In this document: positions 56,682 to 64,000 of the stretch, piece after piece
How positions within the stretch are numbered: the first letter of the stretch is position 1
How the letters are laid out: the number at the start of each line of letters is the position of its first letter
DNA from: an uncultured bacterium
GTDB lineage: Bacteria; Krumholzibacteriota; Krumholzibacteriia; Krumholzibacteriales; WJIX01
DNA: 64,000 nucleotides
Direction: 5' to 3'
NCBI GenBank assembly: GCA_964488475.1
Contig: CAZAUK010000016.1
Location: 73-64,072, forward strand
Made by a program: the position numbers and the translations under genes
The notes under the pieces: generated by a model
Database searches by the model: none
What the model was told of the DNA's origin: nothing
Seen by the model: only the letters and a program-made list of their open reading frames with translations

Positions 56682-56721
56682 AATAGCCGGGGAATTCTGC
56701 CGGAGCTTTCTATTTTTTTTC

Positions 56722-58317
56722 ATGATTATCCGGAAAGGGGTATATATGCTAGATCGATCGGGTTCTAAACGGGCTTTGTGTACCATCCTGCTGGCCGCCC
56801 TGATTATTGTTCCTCTTCGCGGAAAAGCCGTTTCCTGCACCGCGGTAATTGCCGGCAAAAAGACAACGGCCGACGGCTCGATACTTTTCGGGAAGACAGA
56901 AGATGATCGGGCCGGCGATGTCGATTATCTGTGGTACATTCCGGGGCGGAATCACCAGGATGGGGAAACTCTGAAGTTGACCGGCGGTGGAACAATTTCT
57001 CAGGCGGCAAGTACATACGGATATTTCTTTGACCAGAATCCCGGTACGGAATGGTCGAACGCGGTTGTAAACCAGTGGGGGCTGGCGCTGGGAAGCAACG
57101 CCTGTCGTTCCAGGGAGGCAGGACTTGAGGAGGCCGAAGAGAGGGGCCTTCTTACCGACGGCGGTATCGGCTGGCGTTTGAGAATAATACTCGCCGAGCG
57201 GTGCAAGACAGCCGGAGAGGCCGTGGAGATGGCCGCCCGGCTGCTGGATAGATACGGCTACAGGGGAAGCGGAAGAAATCTCAGCATCGTGGGGCGCAAG
57301 GAGGCCTGGATACTACAGATGGTGAGGGGAAGACAGTATGCGGCGAGAAGGGTGAGGGACGACGAAGTGGTTCCGGTGCCGAATTGCTACACCATCAGGC
57401 AGATTGATTTTGACGACAGGGATAACTTTATCTGTTCTCCAGGCCTGGTCGAATACGCCGTGGAAAGGGGATGGTATGAACCTGAAGAGGGACAAGAGTT
57501 TGATTTCGCCAGGGCTTATTCTCTTCCGGAAAACCTCACCGGCAAGTACAACACCCGCCGGTTCTGGATGATGGCCAGGATGGTAAACGGCGATTTTCCG
57601 CTGAGCTGGGAGGAAGCTGATGAAGGAAGGATGCCCGTGTCCGTTGAGCCTGACAGAAAGCTCACGGTAAAAGACATCATGGCTGTTATGAGGACTCATT
57701 TTGAAGGTACTGATCTGGACGATTCGAGACAGTACAGCAGCTCTCCCCATAATAATGATAACCGGCCCATATGCACATACCGCACTCACCGGACGACTGT
57801 GGTCCAGCAGCGGGACTGGATGCCCGCCGAAATAGGCACTGTGGTCTGGAGAGCGCTGTACTATCCCTGCAGCAGTGGGTTCGTCCCCTGGTATCTCTGC
57901 GCGACGGATATACCCGAGGCTTTCAGGCAAGCTCCGGAAAACCTTTATGAGACCGAAAAGGACCTTCTTGATTATCATTTCGGTATGCCCGAGGTCAGCG
58001 GTAAGATGGATATGGAGTCAGCTTCTTGCGTTTTCGGAGTGATGGCCGGCCTGGTAGACTCAGACTACGGCAATCTCATAGATTATGTCCGGCATCAGTG
58101 GAAGGGCTTTGAAGATTACCAGTTCGCCGTTCAGCCGGTTATAGAAGAGACCGCTCTCGGAATGTACGATCAGAACAGGGACGCGGCCCGGATCTTTCTA
58201 TCACAGTACACCAGGGCCAGGGCGGTAAAATCGCTAGAGCTGGCGAGGTCGATTATCGATACGATTGAGAGAAGGTACTGGAAGGCGGAGAGGGGAGAGA
58301 AAACGCCCGCGCCCTGA
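56722..58317 (+). CDS. C69-family dipeptidase (Ntn hydrolase), secreted
   Basis: Signal peptide followed by SCTAVIAGK (N-terminal Cys nucleophile), T.DGS..FGKTED, VNQWG. Confidence 0.9.
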   Translation: MIIRKGVYMLDRSGSKRALCTILLAALIIVPLRGKAVSCTAVIAGKKTTADGSILFGKTEDDRAGDVDYLWYIPGRNHQDGETLKLTGGGTISQAASTYGYFFDQNPGTEWSNAVVNQWGLALGSNACRSREAGLEEAEERGLLTDGGIGWRLRIILAERCKTAGEAVEMAARLLDRYGYRGSGRNLSIVGRKEAWILQMVRGRQYAARRVRDDEVVPVPNCYTIRQIDFDDRDNFICSPGLVEYAVERGWYEPEEGQEFDFARAYSLPENLTGKYNTRRFWMMARMVNGDFPLSWEEADEGRMPVSVEPDRKLTVKDIMAVMRTHFEGTDLDDSRQYSSSPHNNDNRPICTYRTHRTTVVQQRDWMPAEIGTVVWRALYYPCSSGFVPWYLCATDIPEAFRQAPENLYETEKDLLDYHFGMPEVSGKMDMESASCVFGVMAGLVDSDYGNLIDYVRHQWKGFEDYQFAVQPVIEETALGMYDQNRDAARIFLSQYTRARAVKSLELARSIIDTIERRYWKAERGEKTPAP

Positions 58318-58438
58318 GGCTGAATCCCACGGAGCCGGTATAAGACTTAAAACACCGGGTTAGGGCCTTTCACAATTGATACATCTTATTTATCAAAATG
58401 GTGACGGCTGCATGGATGGCAGGGGGGGTTCCTTTGTT

Positions 58439-59905
58439 CTAACCTGCCAGAACAGGGATCAGGACAAAATATCCGAACAGTGTCAGGATCACGATCGAGA
58501 TCAGATTCAGGAAAAATCCCGCCCTGGCCATCTGGGGGATCTTGATATAACCGCTTCCAAATATTATCGCGTTGGGAGGTGTGGCAACCGGCAGCATATA
58601 GGCGCAGGAGGCCGCTATCGCGGCGGGCGCCATAAGGACCATGGGCGCCTTCCCAAGCCCCACCGCCACCGAACCCAGGATGGGAAGGACCATCGCGGTC
58701 GTAGCGGTGTTGGAAGTCATCTCTGTGAGGAATATTATAATAGTGATAACGGAGCCTATGAGAATGATCTCAGGCATGCCGCTGAAGAGAGTGACCCTCT
58801 CGCCGATCCACCTGGCCAGGCCGGAAACCTGAAATCCGTTGGCAAGGGATAATCCTCCCCCGAACAGTATCAGGATTCCCCAGGGCAGTTTGCTCGCCTG
58901 GTCCCAGTCCATGGCGAACTTTCCTTTTTTCCAGTCGACCGGGATTATGAACAGGAGAAGGGCAAAGAAGATTGCGATGGCGGGGTCGGATATACGGGGA
59001 ATGATACTGTCCAGCCCCGGCATGAAGACTCCGCCGATATTCTTGCTGCTCCTGAAGATCCAGCTCAGGGCGGCGAGTATGAAGACGGAAAGTACGATCT
59101 TTTCGCCCCGGGAAATACCTCCCAGCTTTTCGATCTGTTCTTCGATTACGCCTCTGTCATCGGAACAGCCTTTGCCGCCGCAGGGATAGATGATCCTGGT
59201 AAGCCATAACCAGATAAGAGGTATCATTACAACTACCAGGGGGACTCCCACCACGAACCACTCGGTGAAACCGATAGTCCTTCGGTACATCCTTTCCAGT
59301 GTGTTGGCCAGCACCAGATTGGGGGGGGTTCCTATCAGTGTGCCTATTCCGCCCACAGAAGCCGAGTAAGCTATCCCCAGCATGAGAGAAAGGGCGAAGT
59401 TGTCCTTGAGCCTTCCGTCGCTTCCGGTGGAACCGGCGCCCTGATATTGAATTACCGCCATTCCTATAGGCACCATCATAATCGTAGTGGCGGTGTTGGA
59501 GACCCACATGGAGAGAAAACCGGCCGCGATCATGAAGCCCAGGACTATCCTCACGGGCTCGGTGCCGATAAGTTTTATTATTCTAAGGGCAATTCTCTTA
59601 TGAAGGCCCCATTTCTGCATCGAAAGTGCGATGAGGAACCCACCCATGAACAGGAATATCAGGTGATTGGCGTAGGAGGCCGCCGCGTCCCCCGAAGATG
59701 TTATCCCCAGTATCGGAAACAGGGCGAGTGGCAGCAGGGCCGTCGCCGCTATCGGTATAGCTTCCGTTATCCACCAGGCGGCCATGAGCGCGGCCACGGC
59801 GGCGGTTCTTTTACCCGCCGGGCTCAGCCCTTCCGCTTCGGGAAGGAGGATAATGAGGCTAAACAGAATTATGCCAAGAAAAAGACCGAGTTTTCTGCGG
59901 AAGAT
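58439..59905 (-). CDS. DASS/SLC13 sodium:dicarboxylate/sulfate symporter; true start lies upstream of the ORF-track call
   Basis: WWITEAIP, SMWVSNT, GTLIGTPPN, EMTSNTAT, PVATPPNA; open frame with an extra TM helix extends 36 codons up to ATC at 59905. Confidence 0.88.
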   Translation of the reverse strand: MFRRKLGLFLGIILFSLIILLPEAEGLSPAGKRTAAVAALMAAWWITEAIPIAATALLPLALFPILGITSSGDAAASYANHLIFLFMGGFLIALSMQKWGLHKRIALRIIKLIGTEPVRIVLGFMIAAGFLSMWVSNTATTIMMVPIGMAVIQYQGAGSTGSDGRLKDNFALSLMLGIAYSASVGGIGTLIGTPPNLVLANTLERMYRRTIGFTEWFVVGVPLVVVMIPLIWLWLTRIIYPCGGKGCSDDRGVIEEQIEKLGGISRGEKIVLSVFILAALSWIFRSSKNIGGVFMPGLDSIIPRISDPAIAIFFALLLFIIPVDWKKGKFAMDWDQASKLPWGILILFGGGLSLANGFQVSGLARWIGERVTLFSGMPEIILIGSVITIIIFLTEMTSNTATTAMVLPILGSVAVGLGKAPMVLMAPAAIAASCAYMLPVATPPNAIIFGSGYIKIPQMARAGFFLNLISIVILTLFGYFVLIPVLAG

Positions 59906-59961
59906 ATCACACCTCTTGTTCTATTACCTGCGGCCGTTGCTGAATATTATCCAGGGCCGGT

Positions 59962-60147
59962 TCAGTATTTATTTAAAGGAAAAATCAATCCCGCTGTCCC
60001 CGATAATCGAATGCCCCCGGTCACCTTGGAAAAATTCAGGCCTCCCTTGATTTCGATAGAGGCGGCTGATACCTGAGGAGCCGGTGGAATAGCGAAGAAG
60101 AACAGGATTAAGACAAAACAAGCCGTAACAGATTTAACTCTGAGCAT
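59962..60147 (-). pseudogene. Truncated outer-membrane beta-barrel remnant
   Basis: Strong GGAGG RBS, signal peptide and an IKGGLNFS first strand, then a stop after 61 aa. Confidence 0.5.
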
Positions 60148-60271
60148 CTTTTGTCCTCCGCTTATCGGAAATCCTAATAACCATCGAGCCAGGGAAAGAA
60201 TAGAACAAAGGTAATAGCCAGGTCAATGGTGGACGCCTCACTTTTACTTAAATTTAAAATCTTTCTTAAAC

Positions 60272-61159
60272 TCAGTCCACTACCGGCTTGATCTTCTGAT
60301 CGAAGACTCTGGAGGCGAATTCGGTGTATCTTTCAAGATTTTCTTTGAACCAGGGGGGATGGCTTTTCTGTATCCGCCCGATAATGTAATAGGATATAGA
60401 CATCATCGCTCCGTAGTCCGCCCACTCGGGAAGAGGAACGTAGAATCTGTCTTTTCCGAAAACCCTGTTCTCCTTTCCGAAGCTTATGAACAGCTCTTCT
60501 GACGGCACCACGGTCACGGCGTGTTTCATATATTCGAATGTCTCCACGTCCCGGGCTATCCTGCGCCCGAACAGCTCTATGAATTTCACCTGAAGCATCC
60601 TCACTATCCCCTCGAACTTTTCGGGCACAATAAGGAAGTACCCCCGGTATTTTTCGAAATCGGGCATCTTAAGATGTTTGATCTCGGTATCGATAAATTT
60701 CAGTATACTGTTGGGATTTTCATCGGTCGCTGCAAGGATGAATCCCATATAAGTCGACGTATTATAGGTATAAGGCTCCGGATTCTTGGGAAAAACATGA
60801 ATCTCGTCGGCAAACTCACCGGCCAGCGCTTCCTGGTTGTTGGTAAGAAGGATTACCTCTTTACCCATTTCCGATGACCTTTTGGCTATAACAGGAGCGT
60901 GCTTGCCCCCGGAGGCTGAAATAAGGACTACCCCGTCGATCTCCTCTATACTTTCCAGTTTGAGCTCGAAGTTGCTCTCGTCGGCGAAAACGGCGTCGGA
61001 CTTCTCAAATATAATCTTTCCCGTAGCCGCCGCGTTACCGGAACCTACCACCATGGGCCTTTTAAAATCAAAGGAAAGAGCCGGCAGTTTTTTCCGGCTG
61101 AAAAGGTTCAGGGCGTTGATCACGCATTCGTCAAGATCGTTCAGTTGATGGCCGTTCAT
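60272..61159 (-). CDS. SIS-domain-like (sugar isomerase) hypothetical protein
   Basis: VVGSGNA, LISASGG, LLTNN SIS-type motifs; GGGGGT RBS. Confidence 0.6.
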   Translation of the reverse strand: MNGHQLNDLDECVINALNLFSRKKLPALSFDFKRPMVVGSGNAAATGKIIFEKSDAVFADESNFELKLESIEEIDGVVLISASGGKHAPVIAKRSSEMGKEVILLTNNQEALAGEFADEIHVFPKNPEPYTYNTSTYMGFILAATDENPNSILKFIDTEIKHLKMPDFEKYRGYFLIVPEKFEGIVRMLQVKFIELFGRRIARDVETFEYMKHAVTVVPSEELFISFGKENRVFGKDRFYVPLPEWADYGAMMSISYYIIGRIQKSHPPWFKENLERYTEFASRVFDQKIKPVVD

Positions 61160-61324
61160 TTGTCTACCCCCTGTAAAAACACCATGACTACCCTCATCAT
61201 AGAGGATTTAAGGCCCGAATGCATCAAATAACCAGTAATTACCATCCCGGCGGCATGCTATAGGATATTCGTCTTCGAGATCATAACTGGATACGGTTTT
61301 CTGCCGGGAACATATTATTTATTG

Positions 61325-61834
61325 TCAGAAGGAGTATTTAAGCTGTAATCCCCTCATGCTGAAAGCTATATCAAAATTACCCGGATTAGACGATTCGATC
61401 TTTCTGTCCATCTTGTTATAGACCTCGATTGCTCTATCCCTGTGTTTTCTCGAGCTCATTTCCGCCAGGAACCCGCCGGCAAAGATAACTAAACCCCCTC
61501 CGGCAATGGCCCAATTCGGGTCACCATCATCGCGCAATGACTCTCCGACCGGCCAGCCTATTAGAAACCCTCCTGCAAAACCAAGGACTTTCGCCAGACA
61601 GCTCATGTCCTTGCTGGTTTTCCATTCGCCGATCGATTCTTCAAACTTGCATAGCTGGGCCAAGAATTTCTTCTCACTGATCTCTTTTCCTTCATAATAG
61701 TACTTATCACTGGAAAATCTTGATCTTTCGACCTTAAGTGCCTTGTTTTCTTTTTTTTGGGTTGACCCGTCCACCGGAGCTAAGACGATAAAGGAAAAAA
61801 TCAATAAGAGAATGGATAGGAAGGTTTTTTTCAT
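61325..61834 (-). CDS. Hypothetical exported/membrane protein
   Basis: Signal peptide MKKTFLSILL (ATG 61834), two Gly-rich hydrophobic segments, C-terminal GLQLKYSF. Confidence 0.65.
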   Translation of the reverse strand: MKKTFLSILLLIFSFIVLAPVDGSTQKKENKALKVERSRFSSDKYYYEGKEISEKKFLAQLCKFEESIGEWKTSKDMSCLAKVLGFAGGFLIGWPVGESLRDDGDPNWAIAGGGLVIFAGGFLAEMSSRKHRDRAIEVYNKMDRKIESSNPGNFDIAFSMRGLQLKYSF

Positions 61835-62716
61835 GGCAGATCCTTTCTGAAAGCAAAAAAAGACCCCTTTATAGAAATGATTATCATTGTCATTAAATAA
61901 CGCCCTTTTTAATCTGGTCATATTCGGGAAAGCAAGTGAGTTTGAGAACAATCCGCTGAAAAAGATTTTGAAGGTTGGATTGAATCCAGTTAGACCGGCC
62001 TTAATAGGGTTTCTTCGGGAGACGACGGCGTAGTCTGCCATAATACGGTCCAAAGGATACCTTTTCTGCAAAGATCATTGCCGCGTCGGCTGAAAGGCGC
62101 TCTCTACAAATCCATCGAATCCCGTCTAATACGGGCCGTATCCATCCAAACACCTTGGTCAGAAACCCGACGTGACATTCCTCAATTATCTATCCGTAAG
62201 AAGTCCCAAATGATTGCCTGTCGCTATAATATTAACAGCTTGTTTGTACTATAAAGCCTTTTAATCGTCAAGCTAATAATCCTTGGTCATAATCCTGATT
62301 CTGTTCAGTGTCGCTCTACCGGGACAGATGGCATAGACCGGCATGTTCGAAGGAAAAGAACTTCTATGGGGGTAACGGCAAATCTGAAGGGGATCACCGT
62401 GACAGAAGCCAGGAAAAGTATAGGAATATGTCATGATAATTTCGCATTCCCTCCCGGCGATTCTAGCGATGAATATCTGCGTTTAATATTCAAAAATCTC
62501 CATTTTCAGCCTCATTTACTATTTTCCTTCTTGAGATTGGGGTGAGGCTTTCTTATGATTCCTCATTATAAATCCGGTCCGCAGCCGGTGTTGAGCCGTG
62601 GGTCTGGCTTCAGGACCGGCCAGAGAGGCCGTTTATCTTCCCTGAGAGGGGGGCGGACGCTTTGACTGTATACAAAAGACCGCTAAAAGAGCCCATTTAA
62701 TATGGAAAGGAGCGTC

Positions 62717-64000
62717 ATGCGGATGGATGATTCCGGGCAGCAGCCAGTCAAAAACATAAAGAGGCGCATATCGCATTCAGTCTTTGCCGGGGGGCTGGCC
62801 CTTCTTCTACTGGCTGAGGCTGTTACCAGCGGGGCTTCAGCGGCGGGGGAAGAATCCGCTTTTAGGTGGGGTTTCAGGGAGAGGGTCCGGCAGGCATATA
62901 TCGCCAATCCTTTCGATCTTTCGGACGGTAATCCCGATGACCGCAACTATATCAGGGTCCGCACGCAGCTGTGGGGAAGCTGGGATCCGCGGGAAGGGTG
63001 GGAACTCAAGGTTCAGCTCAATAACGAGCACAGGCACTGGCTTAAATCGGAACAAGGCCTGGAGGATCTCGATTTTGAGATCGACGAGCTTGTAGTGGAA
63101 AATCTCTTCCTCTCAATTAAACGTATCGCGGGATCTCCTTTCAGCGTTATTCTGGGCAGGCAGAACATAATAAGGGGGGAGGGTTTCATTTACATGGACG
63201 GCAGTCCCCTGGAAGGTTCCAGAACGGCCTATTTCAACGGAATGCGACTGATGATGGAATATGAAAAGAGATCTCTTGAACTGAACGCCATTTCCAATCC
63301 GACCTGGGACAAGTACCTCCCGGTGATAAATAACCTTCAAAACGGCCTGATCGAACATGAAGAGTCTGGAGTGGGATTGTATTATACCGATAATTCATTC
63401 TCGAACAAGAAGATAGAGGCGTATTACGATTTCAAGAACGAGAAAAAGCCGGGTGAACGATTGCAGGAAAGCGATATACACACCCTGGGCGGACGGGTTT
63501 CCGGCGAATACGGAAAGATGCTGCGTTACGCGGCCGAGTTCGCATTTCAGGCAGGCGACATGGCCGGAGCCGGCCGAAGAGGTTTCGGAGGCTACGCTCA
63601 CGGAACCTTGAGCTCTTCGATGCCGTGGGAGCCCTCACTGACGGCCGGTTTTTTGTATCTTTCGGGGGATGATCCATCGACTGAAGAATATGAGGGTTGG
63701 AATCCTCTTTACAGCAGGTGGCCCAAATGGAGCGACCTTTATATCTACACCCTGGCGCCCGAGGCGGGAGTCGCCTACTGGGAAAACATTATGGCTCCGA
63801 GCATAAAGCTCGCTCTCAAGCCGTTTGAGCAGATGACGCTGGAGAGCACTCTATATTATATGCTGGCACCTCAGGATGATCCCGATTCCGCGCCGGGCGT
63901 TTCGAATCCCAACCCCCTGTTTGGCGACGGCGATACGCGCGGCACTTTATCTATCATAAGACTCAACTGGAGATTCGGTGAACACCTCTCCGGGCATCTG
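62717..64000 (+). CDS. Alginate export (AlgE-like) outer-membrane protein, 3'-partial; not in the ORF track
   Basis: ATG 62717 behind AAGGAG; open to the window end; signal peptide, RERVR, LGRQ....GEG, YLSGDDP, WNPLYSRWPKWS. Confidence 0.8.
   Translation, partial: MRMDDSGQQPVKNIKRRISHSVFAGGLALLLLAEAVTSGASAAGEESAFRWGFRERVRQAYIANPFDLSDGNPDDRNYIRVRTQLWGSWDPREGWELKVQLNNEHRHWLKSEQGLEDLDFEIDELVVENLFLSIKRIAGSPFSVILGRQNIIRGEGFIYMDGSPLEGSRTAYFNGMRLMMEYEKRSLELNAISNPTWDKYLPVINNLQNGLIEHEESGVGLYYTDNSFSNKKIEAYYDFKNEKKPGERLQESDIHTLGGRVSGEYGKMLRYAAEFAFQAGDMAGAGRRGFGGYAHGTLSSSMPWEPSLTAGFLYLSGDDPSTEEYEGWNPLYSRWPKWSDLYIYTLAPEAGVAYWENIMAPSIKLALKPFEQMTLESTLYYMLAPQDDPDSAPGVSNPNPLFGDGDTRGTLSIIRLNWRFGEHLSGHL

Noticed and set aside
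62365-62415. c-di-GMP-I riboswitch-like GGCAAA...GACAGAAGCC
   Set aside because: The P2 stem with GAAA tetraloop and the GACGCAAAGC spacing could not be built.
1-64000. tRNA, rRNA, CRISPR arrays, transposases or integrases
   Set aside because: No cloverleaf, repeat-spacer periodicity, terminal inverted repeats with target duplications, or recombinase motifs were seen.

Overview
Bacterial, diderm, moderately GC-rich window. PorV-like and T9SS-type C-terminal-domain genes suggest an FCB-group lineage such as Krumholzibacteriota/Latescibacterota (inference only). I found no rRNA, tRNA, CRISPR array or transposase. Layout: (1) 0.2-7.7 kb: amidohydrolase, an NHEJ LigD split into three genes (PE, ligase, polymerase) with no Ku in the window, a decayed sensor-propeller pseudogene, two nitroreductase-fold genes and TrmH. 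(2) 7.7-35.5 kb: a large surface-glycan/EPS locus with a flippase, O-antigen-ligase-like protein, glycosyltransferases, acyltransferases, a deacetylase, several amide-forming PP-loop enzymes, and a PorV-like plus CTD-bearing protein pair. (3) 35.5-55 kb: housekeeping genes (ilvE, rpiB, glyA, nrdR, tatC, amrS, rsfS, argS, purM), an HD-GYP module and tandem STAS genes. (4) 55-64 kb: transporters, a C69 peptidase, remnants, and an AlgE-like outer-membrane protein running off the end. Main observation: the glycan locus appears to hold functional analogues of all five Dlt components: an adenylation enzyme with a DltA-like SFD motif, a carrier protein, an MBOAT, an SGNH transferase, and a 48-aa DltX-like peptide ending EFIYVNF that the ORF track missed. 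The blocks are linked by seven correctly spaced sigma-54 (-24/-12) promoter motifs. This points to a possibly undescribed ACP-dependent (amino)acylation system for a cell-surface glycan in a diderm bacterium.
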